From positions 32,512 to 75,054 of the forward strand of contig DJVN01000145.1 of the NCBI GenBank assembly GCA_002441205.1: 42,543 bases of DNA. The letters are read 5' to 3'. Source of the stretch: Syntrophaceae bacterium UBA6255 (GTDB taxonomy: Bacteria; Desulfobacterota; Syntrophia; Syntrophales; Smithellaceae). Positions 9,187 through 20,456 of the stretch are shown one piece after another. A program made the translations under genes and the position numbers. Below the pieces are notes generated by a model. It saw nothing but the letters and a program-made list of their open reading frames with translations. It was not told where the DNA came from and ran no database searches. Position 1 is the first letter of the stretch. Each line of letters begins with the position of its first letter.

Positions 9187-9681
9187 ATGACGGGAAAAAA
9201 ATCATCGGCAACCGGTTTGCGGGAGAAGAAAAAAAAACGGCCGGAATGGGACAGTTATTTTCTGGATATTGTTGACCTCGTTTCCAGGCGCAGCACCTGT
9301 TGCCGGAGATCGGTGGGAGCAGGACTGGTTCGGGACAGCCGTATTCTGGCTACCGGATACAACGGCGCGCCCTCCAAGCTTCAGCACTGTCTCGATATCG
9401 GCTGTCTGCGGGAACAGTTGAAGGTTCCTTCCGGCGAGCGTCATGAATTATGCCGTGGGCTGCACGCGGAGCAAAACGCGATTATTCAGGCGGCGCTGCA
9501 CGGGGTCAGTACAAAAGGATCGACGCTGTATTGCACCAATCACCCCTGTGTCATTTGTGCCAAAATGATCATTAATGCCGGGATCAGCCGTGTGGTTATC
9601 CGTGACGGCTATCACGATAAGCTGGCAGCGGAAATGCTCAAAGAAGCCGGAATCAGCGTAGAGCAACTTTCACAACTTTAA
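9187..9681 (+). CDS. deoxycytidylate (dCMP) deaminase, ComEB type
   Basis: 164 aa with zinc-binding motifs HAEQNAI and [14 protein letters not shown]. At 164 aa it is too short to be RibD. Confidence 0.88.
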   Translation: MTGKKSSATGLREKKKKRPEWDSYFLDIVDLVSRRSTCCRRSVGAGLVRDSRILATGYNGAPSKLQHCLDIGCLREQLKVPSGERHELCRGLHAEQNAIIQAALHGVSTKGSTLYCTNHPCVICAKMIINAGISRVVIRDGYHDKLAAEMLKEAGISVEQLSQL

Positions 9682-9693
9682 GGTGAGATCATC

Positions 9694-10155
9694 ATGAAAT
9701 GTCCTTTTTGTGGTCATGCGGAAAACAAGGTTATTGATTCCAGGATAAGCAAAGATGGCAAAGCCGTCCGCCGCCGCCGTGAATGTCTGGGCTGCACCAA
9801 GCGTTTTACCACGTATGAATACGTGGAAGATGTTCTGCCCATGGTGGTGAAGAAAGACGGGCGACGCGAACAGTTTGACCGGCAGAAGATATTAAACGGT
9901 TTAAAAAAAGCCTGTGAGAAACGGCCGATCAGCATGGAGGCGATTGACAAACTCGTTGAAAATGTCGAACAGGCCTGCCAGGAAATGCAGTCGGAAGAAA
10001 TCTCGTCCACGGTCATTGGAGAAAAGATCATGAACGAGTTGAAAAATTTCGACGGCGTCGCCTATGTCCGATTCGCATCCGTTTACCGGCAATTTCGCGA
10101 TGTCGGCGAATTCATGTCTGAGCTGAAGGATCTTTTAAGCAAAGGGAAAAAATAA
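9694..10155 (+). CDS. nrdR: transcriptional repressor NrdR
   Basis: 153 aa. N-terminal zinc ribbon MKCPFCGH...CLGC followed by an ATP-cone. Confidence 0.95.
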   Translation: MKCPFCGHAENKVIDSRISKDGKAVRRRRECLGCTKRFTTYEYVEDVLPMVVKKDGRREQFDRQKILNGLKKACEKRPISMEAIDKLVENVEQACQEMQSEEISSTVIGEKIMNELKNFDGVAYVRFASVYRQFRDVGEFMSELKDLLSKGKK

Positions 10156-10157
10156 TC

Positions 10158-10787
10158 ATGTTTACCGGAATCATAGAAGGGATGGGCAAAGTTAAGCGTT
10201 TGACCATGAAGGGCGCGGACGCGGTTCTGGAAATTGAAGCCGGCATCGGTCTGGAAGATATTTCGCTTGGCGACAGTATTGCCGTCAACGGAGCTTGTCT
10301 TACCGTCACCTCCCTGCAGCAAAATAATTTTCAGGCGGATGTTTCCGCGGAGACGCTGTCCCGAACGACGCTTAAATTGTTACAGGCGGGGCATAAGGTG
10401 AATCTGGAAAAATCGCTGCGCGTGGGTGGTTTTGTCGGCGGACATTTTGTTCTGGGGCATGTCGATGCCACGGCAAGAATCCTGTCCCGGATGCAAAAAT
10501 CGGGTTCACTGATTATTGCTGTCGAGATGAATGATACGATTTCCCGCTACATTGTGGAAAAAGGTTCGGTGGCAATTGACGGCATCAGTCTGACGGTGAA
10601 CAAACTTGAAAAAAGCCGGTTTTATGTTAATATTATCCCGCACACGGCAGCCAATACCACCTTGGTGACCCGTAAAGAAGGGGATTGGGTGAATATTGAA
10701 ACGGATATTTTAGGCCGGTATGTGGAAAACTTATTGCAATCAAACAAGGGAATCGATAAGGATTTCCTTATGAAACATGGTTTTTAA
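10158..10787 (+). CDS. ribE: riboflavin synthase (alpha chain)
   Basis: 209 aa starting MFTGIIEGMG, with two lumazine-binding repeats (GDSIAVNGACLTV and GSVAIDGISLTV). Confidence 0.93.
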   Translation: MFTGIIEGMGKVKRLTMKGADAVLEIEAGIGLEDISLGDSIAVNGACLTVTSLQQNNFQADVSAETLSRTTLKLLQAGHKVNLEKSLRVGGFVGGHFVLGHVDATARILSRMQKSGSLIIAVEMNDTISRYIVEKGSVAIDGISLTVNKLEKSRFYVNIIPHTAANTTLVTRKEGDWVNIETDILGRYVENLLQSNKGIDKDFLMKHGF

Positions 10788-10805
10788 GAGATAAAGGAAA
10801 GACGA

Positions 10806-12008
<1,203 letters not shown>

Positions 12009-12056
12009 TTTTTTTCACCAGAAGATTAAAATAAAAAATAAGGATGGTAATAAACT

Positions 12057-12521
12057 ATGCCGAAAATAATTGAGGGGAAAATTGTCGCGAAAGGAATGAA
12101 GTTTGGCATCGTCGCCAGCCGTTTCAATGATTTTATATGCGGCAGATTGATCGAAGGAACCATTGACGCGCTGATCAGGGCCGGTGCGGAAGAAAAAGAC
12201 GTCGTGATTTATAAAGTTCCCGGCTCTTTTGAACTGCCGCTGACGGCCAAGAAACTGGCCAAGAGCGGTCGATTCGATGCCGTCATCTGTCTGGGCGCAA
12301 TTATCCGCGGCGCCACACCGCATTTTGAATATATCAGCGCCGAAGTTTCCAAGGGCATTGCCGTCGTTGGCCTCGAAACCGAAGTGCCCGTTGTTTTCGG
12401 CGTGCTGACCACGGATACCATTGAACAGGCCATTGAACGTGCAGGAACGAAGTCGGGCAATAAAGGAGCCGACGCGGCGATGACGGCGATAGAAATGGTA
12501 GATTTGTTTAAGAAGATTTAA
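12057..12521 (+). CDS. ribH: 6,7-dimethyl-8-ribityllumazine synthase
   Basis: 154 aa with GIVASRFN and VPGSFELP motifs, in rib-operon context. Confidence 0.95.
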   Translation: MPKIIEGKIVAKGMKFGIVASRFNDFICGRLIEGTIDALIRAGAEEKDVVIYKVPGSFELPLTAKKLAKSGRFDAVICLGAIIRGATPHFEYISAEVSKGIAVVGLETEVPVVFGVLTTDTIEQAIERAGTKSGNKGADAAMTAIEMVDLFKKI

Positions 12522-12599
12522 AACCAAATTGCCGATATTCAGGTAGACGTATCAAGATAAGACAGTCTGGTAAACAGTTCTTTGAGGTTTGATATTTAA

Positions 12600-13055
12600 A
12601 TGCGCGGGCGGAGAAAGGCACGGGAAATTGCCTTACAGGTTCTTTACAGTCTTAATTTCGTGAATATTGATGCGCAGGATGCTCTGGAACTTTTCTGGGG
12701 TAATTTTACAGCTCCTAAAACAGCAAAGGAATTTGCCGCTTTCCTCGTAAAGGGAACGTGCGAACACAGGGACGAACTGGATAGACTTATTGCCGATTGT
12801 TCGGACAACTGGTCATTGGGACGAATGTCCAGGGTGGATATCAATATTTTACGTCTGGCCGTATTTGAATTTATTTACTGTGACGATATTCCCTCTAAAG
12901 TTACGTTAAATGAAGCCGTTGATCTGGGAAAAACTTTTGGCTCGGAAAATTCGGGCTCCTTTATCAACGGGATACTGGATGCTCTTAACTTTAAACTGAA
13001 TAAAAAAAATGCAGTTAAATCTATCGATAGAAAATCCCGATCTTCCAAAACATAA
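12600..13055 (+). CDS. nusB: transcription antitermination factor NusB
   Basis: 151 aa starting RRKAREIALQVLY, in the conserved position after ribH. Confidence 0.9.
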   Translation: MRGRRKAREIALQVLYSLNFVNIDAQDALELFWGNFTAPKTAKEFAAFLVKGTCEHRDELDRLIADCSDNWSLGRMSRVDINILRLAVFEFIYCDDIPSKVTLNEAVDLGKTFGSENSGSFINGILDALNFKLNKKNAVKSIDRKSRSSKT

Positions 13056-13584
13056 GTGCCTGGCTGTGGGCATTTTTGCAGATGAGAAACCGCCGCGTGG
13101 AATCTGCGGGATGATCGACTGGCGTCTCAACGGGATGATTTCCAGAGAAATCAAGAAGGAAAGAATCCGCGGTGATTATGAAGAAAAAATTATTATTCCT
13201 TTTTTGCCTAGAATCGGTTCGGAGATGTTGCTTCTGTTTGGATTAGGTAAAGTTTCTGATATCAATTACGATAAAATTTACAACGCCTCTTATCTCATAA
13301 CACAAACCGTTGACAAAATGGCTCTGGACAGCTGTGCTTTTGACCTTTACGGACAAGGACGTTTAAATCTTGTCACTTCAAACATTACGGAAGCTGTGGT
13401 TACGGGAATTTTTGATGTTCTGTCATCCAATATAGAAAAACTTTCTAACATGAAAGCCTGCCTGGTGACATCCTCTTCCCATCTTCAGGACGTCTCGTTG
13501 GGACTCAAACAATTTAAAACAAATGTCAATGATAGAGGATCCGTCGATATTTCAACGTTGGAAGAAATCTTTGTCCTGAGCTGA
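13009..13584 (+). CDS. hypothetical protein
   Basis: 191-aa ORF with coding-like composition. The ATG overlaps the nusB 3' end by 47 nt, so the start is uncertain. I cannot name a family with confidence. Confidence 0.55.
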   Translation: MQLNLSIENPDLPKHKCLAVGIFADEKPPRGICGMIDWRLNGMISREIKKERIRGDYEEKIIIPFLPRIGSEMLLLFGLGKVSDINYDKIYNASYLITQTVDKMALDSCAFDLYGQGRLNLVTSNITEAVVTGIFDVLSSNIEKLSNMKACLVTSSSHLQDVSLGLKQFKTNVNDRGSVDISTLEEIFVLS

Positions 13585-13617
13585 TTTGTCTTTTGAGAAA
13601 AATATAAAAATAGAATT

Positions 13618-16107
13618 TTAAATTTTATTGACAGGCCGCTGGGGAGCGATATTGTTTTTACGCAAAAGCGTTGCAAAACGATCAGGACTGATGGGCTTGC
13701 TGAAATAGAAACCCTGCATCTCATCGCAGACCTGATCCTGCAGAAATTTCTCCTGTTCTTTTGTTTCTACCCCTTCGGCCACAACAGTCAGTTTTAAAGA
13801 TTTTCCCATCACAATAACCGCTTCGGTAATTGCTTTATTATCCATATCATTAGGAATATTACGGATGAATGACCGGTCCACTTTAAGGGTGTTAATGGGG
13901 AAGTTTTTTATCCGTGCCAGAGAAGAATAACCTGTGCCGAAGTCGTCAATGGCCATCCGTACACCCAGTTCTTTTATTTTCATCAATACAGGGACAAGAC
14001 GCTCCGGTTTATTCATGATCATGCTTTCTGTTAGTTCCAGTTCGAGGAGGTTCGGCGACATGGGGGTTTCATTTAATATGTTTTTAACATCCTGGATAAA
14101 GTTTTCATTCATCAGTTGACGAAGGGATAAGTTAACCGACATGCAGACGGGAGGCAGTCCCTGTTTCTGCCATGCGACATTCTGGGCGCAGGCTGTTTTA
14201 ATGACCCATCTGCCGATGGGAACAATCATTCCCGTCTCTTCGGCTATGGGAATAAATTGCGTGGGTGTTACCATGCCCAGATAAGGATTATTCCAGCGAA
14301 GCAGAGCTTCAACGCCCGTAATTTCTTTCGTTTTTAAATCCAACTTAGCCTGATAGTCCAAATAAAATTCATTGCGCTCAATGGCGTGGCGCAGATTGGA
14401 TTCTATGGTCAGGCGTTCATTGGACATGGAGCGAATACTTTCAGAATAGAACTGGAAGTTGTTTTTGCCTTCTTCTTTGGCAAAATACATGGCAATGTCG
14501 GCGTTCTTCATCAGCGATTGTTCATCCTGCCCATCCTTGGGAAACACACTGATGCCAATGCTTGCCGTCACGCGACATTCCTCTTCCATGATATTAAACG
14601 GCTGAATAACGGTGGCAAGGATTTTGTGAGCAAAGATTCCCAATTGTTTCAAATCATTAAAATCTTCCACAAGAATAATAAATTCATCGCCTCCCAAACG
14701 GCCCACGACATCAACAGTGCGCAACGATTGCTTGAAGCGCTGAGCCATTTCTTTCAGAAGTTTGTCTCCGGCTTCGTGTCCCAGAGAGTCATTGATGACT
14801 TTGAAACGATCCAGATCGACAAACAACACAGCCAATTGTTTTTTGTTGCGGTGAGCGGACTGAATTGCATGGTCCAATAGCTGACTGAACATCATACGGT
14901 TCGGCAATCCGGTTAGCGCATCGTGAGTTGCCAAATGGTTGAGCTCCTGCTCAATCCGTTTACGCTCGGAGATATCTCGAATGATTCCCTTGAAGCCTGA
15001 AGGATTTCCTTTTGAATCTTTTTTTAATGAGACAGATGCTTCAATATATCTCTTGGTACCGTCTTTTCTAATAATCAGCCAATCGAATCCTTCCTTGGCC
15101 TCCCCCGTGTTGAATACTTTATTAAACACCTGAAAAACATTTTTCGAGTTTTCTATATCCGAGAATTGCTTATAATTTGCACCGGTCAACTCCTCTCTGG
15201 AGGACCCCGTTATACGACATAATGAATCATTGAAAAATATAAAATTGCCGGCCAGATCAACCTCAAAATAGGCTTCCTGTATATTTTCTAAAATGTTTCT
15301 GTACTTTTCCTCGCTTTGACGCAGAGCTTCTTCCGCCCTCTTACGCTCGGTGACATCATGCGTAATTCCTCGAAACCCTATTATTTTTTCCGCGGAATCT
15401 TTAAGCAAGGATATGGAGCCTTCGATGTATCTTTTCTGACCGTCTTTTCTCGTGATATGCCAGCCAAATTCCTTGAGGGGAATCCCCGATTTATAAACCT
15501 GGTTATAAGCCTGAAAAACTTTTTCTGCGTTTTTCTGATCGGTATATTGACGGTTATTCATCCCCGTTAATTCTTCCCGGGAATAGCCCAGAACACGACA
15601 TACTGAGTCGTTAAAAAAAGTAAAATTGCCGGCCAGATCGACTTCAAAATAACCTTCCTGAATGTTTTCAAGAATACTGCTGTATTTTTCCTCCATGATC
15701 TTGCGTTCTGTAATATCCATAAAACTGCCCAGCGTGGCAAGATTGCCTTTATACATAATGGAGGTAACCGTTTCCAGAATATACCTTAATTCATTATCTT
15801 TTCTGATAAACCTGTATTCATAAGGCTCGAAGCTCTCCCTCTTGAGGCATCTTATCGCCTGATTTCTGACCTTTTCTCTGTCGTCGGGGAAAATATAGTT
15901 AAGCGAGTACTCGCCCAAAAGATCCTTGTCGGAATAGCCAGTAATTTTCTGATACAGCTCACTGACATAAACAAATTTACTTTTCTGGACTATGTATATT
16001 CCGACACCGGCGTTTGCTATAATATCTTTTGCCAGAAGAGAAATATCATCATCTGCGGAAAGGGATTTATTCTTTGATATTTTTGTTTTCTTAATGTTGT
16101 TTACCAT
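13618..16107 (-). CDS. PAS-PAS-PAS / GGDEF / EAL cyclic-di-GMP signalling protein
   Basis: 829 aa with three PAS domains, of which the 2nd and 3rd are clear tandem paralogs. Intact RLGGDEF active site and EALLRW / DDFGTGYSS EAL motifs. Confidence 0.93.
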   Translation of the reverse strand: MVNNIKKTKISKNKSLSADDDISLLAKDIIANAGVGIYIVQKSKFVYVSELYQKITGYSDKDLLGEYSLNYIFPDDREKVRNQAIRCLKRESFEPYEYRFIRKDNELRYILETVTSIMYKGNLATLGSFMDITERKIMEEKYSSILENIQEGYFEVDLAGNFTFFNDSVCRVLGYSREELTGMNNRQYTDQKNAEKVFQAYNQVYKSGIPLKEFGWHITRKDGQKRYIEGSISLLKDSAEKIIGFRGITHDVTERKRAEEALRQSEEKYRNILENIQEAYFEVDLAGNFIFFNDSLCRITGSSREELTGANYKQFSDIENSKNVFQVFNKVFNTGEAKEGFDWLIIRKDGTKRYIEASVSLKKDSKGNPSGFKGIIRDISERKRIEQELNHLATHDALTGLPNRMMFSQLLDHAIQSAHRNKKQLAVLFVDLDRFKVINDSLGHEAGDKLLKEMAQRFKQSLRTVDVVGRLGGDEFIILVEDFNDLKQLGIFAHKILATVIQPFNIMEEECRVTASIGISVFPKDGQDEQSLMKNADIAMYFAKEEGKNNFQFYSESIRSMSNERLTIESNLRHAIERNEFYLDYQAKLDLKTKEITGVEALLRWNNPYLGMVTPTQFIPIAEETGMIVPIGRWVIKTACAQNVAWQKQGLPPVCMSVNLSLRQLMNENFIQDVKNILNETPMSPNLLELELTESMIMNKPERLVPVLMKIKELGVRMAIDDFGTGYSSLARIKNFPINTLKVDRSFIRNIPNDMDNKAITEAVIVMGKSLKLTVVAEGVETKEQEKFLQDQVCDEMQGFYFSKPISPDRFATLLRKNNIAPQRPVNKI

Positions 16108-16450
16108 TATTATCCAATTTTTGAGCTTCTAAAAACATCATTACACAATGTTCAACAATATTTCTCGAAATTAATCAAATTGAAATTATATTATTATAAA
16201 GTTTCCAGCAATTTACATGCCCAATTCTTTTAAATACATATTTATATAACTAATAATTGGAGTAAATAATAATTACAATAAAATCATATATTAATATCCG
16301 GTTGAAACCTGAAAGATAAAAAATATTTGTATATCTTTTATTGCCCAAACGGTGATTTTCACCACAACAAGGTTATATCGGCCGCAAATCAGACAACCCT
16401 TCTATATAATTTAAAAATAGAAAAATAATTATTCGTATATTCCCTGTACG

Positions 16451-17479
16451 CTATTTATTTGTGTGGAATATTTTAGATAAGTTCCATTTTTTTCGCTTTT
16501 TCCAGTTACCTTTATGATATGCATAACTGGCCAGCAGAGGCAGAACGGAAGTGGCTTCGGCATAGACCATTTGCTCGCAGGAAGAATCCACTTTACCCCA
16601 TGAATTGGCTTCTTTAAGCGTGGAACTGGAGCAAGCACCATCACGCACGTCAGCCACGGTAATCTGCACTGCATATTTGTGCATGGGCACATCTTCCCCC
16701 AGAATTTCGGCGCAAACAACGGTATCCTGAGCGAAATTTTTCGGCACACCGCCGCCAATCATTAGCAAGCCGGTTGTTCCCGCTTTAATTTTAATCTCGG
16801 TTAGCTCCAGAAAATCTTTTACCGAATCGATGGAAACATGATTTTGGGGACGCTGATATTGATGCAGAACCAGTCCGAATCCGGCGGAACTATCGGAAAA
16901 AGCAGGGCAGAAAATCGGCACATCATTTTCATAAGCCGCCTGAACAAGGGAATCTTTCTTTTTGGCATTTTTCACAAGATACTTTCCCATCTCGGCAATG
17001 AATTCGCGCGATGAATAAGGGCGAGCTTCAAGTCCATCAGCAATTTTTTTGATGGTTTTGTCGCAGGCCTGCAAATCATTTTCGCTGATAAACGTGTCGT
17101 ATATTCTATCAATATAAAGTTTACGCAGAAGTTTGTCGTCAACAAAAGGGGTCCCCTGATAATGATTGAATCCCAGGGCCTCAAAGAAATCCATATCAAC
17201 AATGGAAGCCCCCGTGGCGACGATGACATCAATCATTTTATTCTTAACCAGATCAACATAGACCTGCATACACCCGGCCGCGGACGTGGAACCCGCCAGT
17301 GTCAATATCACCACGCATCTTTTCTCTTTAAGCATGCGGTCGTAAATATCAGCGGCGTTAGCCAAGTCACGGGCGGAGAATGACATCTTTTTCATCGAGT
17401 TAATGATGTCCACCGCATTGATTTTTTTTATGTCAATATGTTCAATTTTTTTCTTTAGCAAATCTTTCTTCTTCATCAA
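16451..17479 (-). CDS. deoxyhypusine synthase family protein (DHS / homospermidine-synthase-like)
   Basis: 342 aa with DHS-type motifs GGGVPKNF and EANSWGK. The lysine at the position of the DHS catalytic Lys is retained. Confidence 0.88.
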   Translation of the reverse strand: MMKKKDLLKKKIEHIDIKKINAVDIINSMKKMSFSARDLANAADIYDRMLKEKRCVVILTLAGSTSAAGCMQVYVDLVKNKMIDVIVATGASIVDMDFFEALGFNHYQGTPFVDDKLLRKLYIDRIYDTFISENDLQACDKTIKKIADGLEARPYSSREFIAEMGKYLVKNAKKKDSLVQAAYENDVPIFCPAFSDSSAGFGLVLHQYQRPQNHVSIDSVKDFLELTEIKIKAGTTGLLMIGGGVPKNFAQDTVVCAEILGEDVPMHKYAVQITVADVRDGACSSSTLKEANSWGKVDSSCEQMVYAEATSVLPLLASYAYHKGNWKKRKKWNLSKIFHTNK

Positions 17480-17563
17480 ATCCTGACTCCCCTTGAGTAT
17501 CTGTTTATTTTATTAATATTTTTAAATCATCGACCGTTAAAAGTCAACTTCCGGTAATCGGCA

Positions 17564-18589
17564 TTATGATTTGGCGTTTTTTCCAAAAATCGGATGTCTT
17601 TTAGCGGCCATTTGCACAATTGAGCCGCCCATTTGAGCATAGGTTATTCCGTCGGTTTCCGCGGCGCAAGCCATGCTGGCATCAGAGCTGATATCCGCGT
17701 TGGGATTAACATCCAGAACATAAAAAATATTATCCCGCAGCCTGATATCCATGCGAGCGTAATCCCTGCACCCTGTTGCTTTGTAAGCGTCGCGGCAGAC
17801 CTTCTCCATTGCATTTTTTTCATCATTCGTAAGAGGAGCGGGCAGCAGGGTTTTAATTTCTTCATAGTGCTGTGAACCGGGAATAAATTTCGCTTCATAT
17901 GTGCACAGCCGATCAGTTATGTTGCCGAAACAGGAAAAATCCATTTCCGCCGCGGGAAGCACGGTTATTTTTTCGTTGCCCCAGACCGCGACATGAAACT
18001 CGCGTCCGTCAATAAAATCCTCCACGAGCGCGGGCTGGCAATATTTATCCAGAACGAATAATATTCGTTTTCTTAAATCAGACGGATTCATCACCACGGA
18101 TTCGGGAGTGATGCCAGCGGAGCAATGTTCATTTTGCGGCTTGACAATCGCCGGAAATATTTGCCAGTCGTGTATATCGGAAGAATTATAAATCTTCCAG
18201 GCCGGCGTGGGAATGGATACTTTGTCCAAAATGACTTTAACCCTCTGTTTGTCCTGCGATAGCGCCAGAGCAACAGAGTCAGCGCCGGTAAAGGTGTATC
18301 CGAGAGTTTCCAGCTTTTTTGCAACCAGCCATTCACTGTGTTCCACCCCCGGAAGACCTTCGCACCAATTAAAAATTATACATTTTCCGGGATCGAATAA
18401 CCTGAGGTAAGCGGCAATATCGTCATGCTCAACTTTAACAAGCGTCATAGGATATCCCGTTGTTTGAAGCGCATCACCAAGCTCGGCTGACTGTCTGATC
18501 ACCTCGTCCTTTTCCTCTTGCGTCCATTCCCGGTTAACATTATACAACAGGACCACAGGGATTTTCTCAGGCGCTATATCTTCCGACAC
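17564..18589 (-). CDS. ATP-grasp ligase, D-alanine--D-alanine ligase-like family
   Basis: 341 aa with a GTG start and an ATP-grasp core (AIVKPQNEHCSAGI ... EDFIDGREFHVAVWG ... DYARMDIRL...YVLDVNPN). It lies 84 nt upstream of the DHS-like gene on the same strand. Confidence 0.82.
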   Translation of the reverse strand: MSEDIAPEKIPVVLLYNVNREWTQEEKDEVIRQSAELGDALQTTGYPMTLVKVEHDDIAAYLRLFDPGKCIIFNWCEGLPGVEHSEWLVAKKLETLGYTFTGADSVALALSQDKQRVKVILDKVSIPTPAWKIYNSSDIHDWQIFPAIVKPQNEHCSAGITPESVVMNPSDLRKRILFVLDKYCQPALVEDFIDGREFHVAVWGNEKITVLPAAEMDFSCFGNITDRLCTYEAKFIPGSQHYEEIKTLLPAPLTNDEKNAMEKVCRDAYKATGCRDYARMDIRLRDNIFYVLDVNPNADISSDASMACAAETDGITYAQMGGSIVQMAAKRHPIFGKNAKS

Positions 18590-18669
18590 GGTGCTATCCT
18601 TACCATTAAATTTTACAGCTTATTTTCCAGAATTTTAATCTGATAAAAAATCTGCCTTCTTTGGAAAGA

Positions 18670-18698
18670 ATTGTAGATAAGCGATGTCTTTATGTCAA
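18670..18698 (-). promoter_or_regulatory. sigma70-type promoter for the ATP-grasp/DHS-like unit
   Basis: Minus strand reads TTGACA-taaagacatcgcttatc-TACAAT, with a 17-nt spacer. The -10 lies about 80 nt upstream of the GTG start. Confidence 0.5.
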
Positions 18699-18808
18699 TA
18701 AATATTAAGTTCGAAATATGCAGAGCCAAAAACACACTGAAGCATTAGGTCAAATCCTGCTGTTTGATGATTGATATCGGTTAGATCATAATAATCTTGT
18801 TTTTATAA

Positions 18809-20260
18809 TCATTCCCCCATCCACTTGCGCAACCAGTGTTCAGGCATCCACGAATACCAATTGTGTTTTAAGCGAAAACGCGCCAGGGGGCGATACATGG
18901 CGGCCAGAATTCTCAAGACCGCGGAATCGGACTGATAACTCATTTTTCGATCGGCTAATACGCTTACAATTTCAATTCGTTCCATTAGTTTTCGCGTTTC
19001 CTTATCTTGATCTCGGCCAACATACTGTGTCCAGTTGAAGTTTCCCCATCCTTCCAATGTTTTCGGCGTCACATCATCCATGTGAACGATCTGCTCGCAA
19101 AGGCTGGTGCCGGGATATGGTTTATAAAAATGAAAAGCGCTGATCAAGGCCTGAGGATTGTCGCGCAGAAGCGCCCAGGCCAATGTCGTGGACTGAAGAA
19201 CATCCTCCCGGGTTTCCGTGGGGAAGCCGCACATAAAATTATAATAGACTTTCAGCCGAGGATAGCGGGCCAAACGGCGGTTGAAAGCCAGCACATTTTC
19301 AGGATGAATATTTTTGTTGAGGATTTCCAGGATGCGGGGCGATCCGGATTCAACCCCAACCTGCAGATAAGCACCTCCGGCCTCGATAATAAGTTCCAGA
19401 TCAGCGTCACTCATCTGATCAAAGGTGTCGATGCGGGAGCCCTGAAATCCCATTTTGATTAACCATTGACGCTTCAGCACTCCTTTCATGATCTCTCGCG
19501 TGCGCTCTTGATCGATAAAAAAACCGTCGTCGACAAAGTGAAAAGCGCTAACGCCATACGTTTCAACAAGAGGCGTCAATAAATCCAGCACACGAGATGC
19601 GCTCAACGCCCGCCAGCGACGCCGGGAGTACAAGGGGTTATAGCAAAAAGTACAATTAAACGGGCATCCCCGCGATGTTTCAAATTCCAATACGCGATCT
19701 TCATCGAAATAACGGTGTAGGTACTTATCCACGTCAATAAGATGGTATGGCACCGGAGGCAGAGTATCCAAATCCAGAAAAGGGCGGTCCGGATTATTCA
19801 CAATTTCGCCACGATCTTTATACACGACACCTTCAAGACCGCGCAGTGATTCTCCCCTTTCCATGCGCAAAACGAGTTCAAGAAAACTCTCTTCGCCTTC
19901 TCCTTTAATTACGATATCGATCAGAGGATTTTCCACCGTCTGCAAAGGAAACAAAGTGGCGTGGACACCTCCCCAAACAACTGGTGCGGATGATTGTTGC
20001 TTCACAAAGGCCGACATGTCCAGCGCACAGGTGATTTGGGAACCTGTCATGGAGGTCACGCCAACGCAAATCGGGTTTTGCATCAGAGCATTGCGAAGGT
20101 CATCTTTCCAATCAGCGGAAGATCGCTGATCAATCAAGATAATCGGATAGCCGGCTTCATCAAGCTTAGCCGCCGCTCCCAACAATGACAAAGGGACCCA
20201 TGGACGAAAAACTTTAGAATAAAGTCCTTCCGCAGGGCGCAACAAAATGACCGGTCTCAT
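18809..20260 (-). CDS. B12-binding domain-containing radical SAM protein
   Basis: 483 aa. N-terminal cobalamin-binding-like domain, then the CxxxCxxC motif RGCPFNCTFCY. Confidence 0.88.
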   Translation of the reverse strand: MRPVILLRPAEGLYSKVFRPWVPLSLLGAAAKLDEAGYPIILIDQRSSADWKDDLRNALMQNPICVGVTSMTGSQITCALDMSAFVKQQSSAPVVWGGVHATLFPLQTVENPLIDIVIKGEGEESFLELVLRMERGESLRGLEGVVYKDRGEIVNNPDRPFLDLDTLPPVPYHLIDVDKYLHRYFDEDRVLEFETSRGCPFNCTFCYNPLYSRRRWRALSASRVLDLLTPLVETYGVSAFHFVDDGFFIDQERTREIMKGVLKRQWLIKMGFQGSRIDTFDQMSDADLELIIEAGGAYLQVGVESGSPRILEILNKNIHPENVLAFNRRLARYPRLKVYYNFMCGFPTETREDVLQSTTLAWALLRDNPQALISAFHFYKPYPGTSLCEQIVHMDDVTPKTLEGWGNFNWTQYVGRDQDKETRKLMERIEIVSVLADRKMSYQSDSAVLRILAAMYRPLARFRLKHNWYSWMPEHWLRKWMGE

Positions 20261-20323
20261 ATTTTCTTCTGCGGATTTGATTTTGATAAGAATGCCTTTT
20301 AAAAAACAATTTTTTAGAAAAGG

Positions 20324-20352
20324 ATTTTAGAGAAGCGATGTATGACTGTCAA
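20324..20352 (-). promoter_or_regulatory. sigma70-type promoter for the radical SAM gene
   Basis: Minus strand reads TTGACA-gtcatacatcgcttctc-TAAAAT, with a 17-nt spacer. The spacer core ACATCGCTT.TC is shared with the promoter at 18670-18698. Confidence 0.5.
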
Positions 20353-20456
20353 GGAAAGATTGGATAGAGCTTAAATGACAAATTTACCAAATGTTCTGTA
20401 TTGCCTCGCTAACTCTCATTTTGATGCTTCGTATGAAACGACGATCCTAATTTTTA

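Noticed and set aside
10100-10160. Expected FMN (RFN) riboswitch ahead of the rib genes.
   Set aside because: ribE starts 3 nt after the nrdR stop, and ribBA and ribH follow with short spacers. There is no room for a leader, so the rib genes appear to be transcribed with glyA/nrdR. ribD is not in the window.
14950-15690. Tandem ~381-bp DNA repeat inside the GGDEF/EAL gene.
   Set aside because: It is explained by two paralogous PAS domains (aa ~140-258 and ~267-385, ILENIQE.YFEVDLAGNF.FFNDS.CR...). This is ordinary domain duplication, not a separate element.
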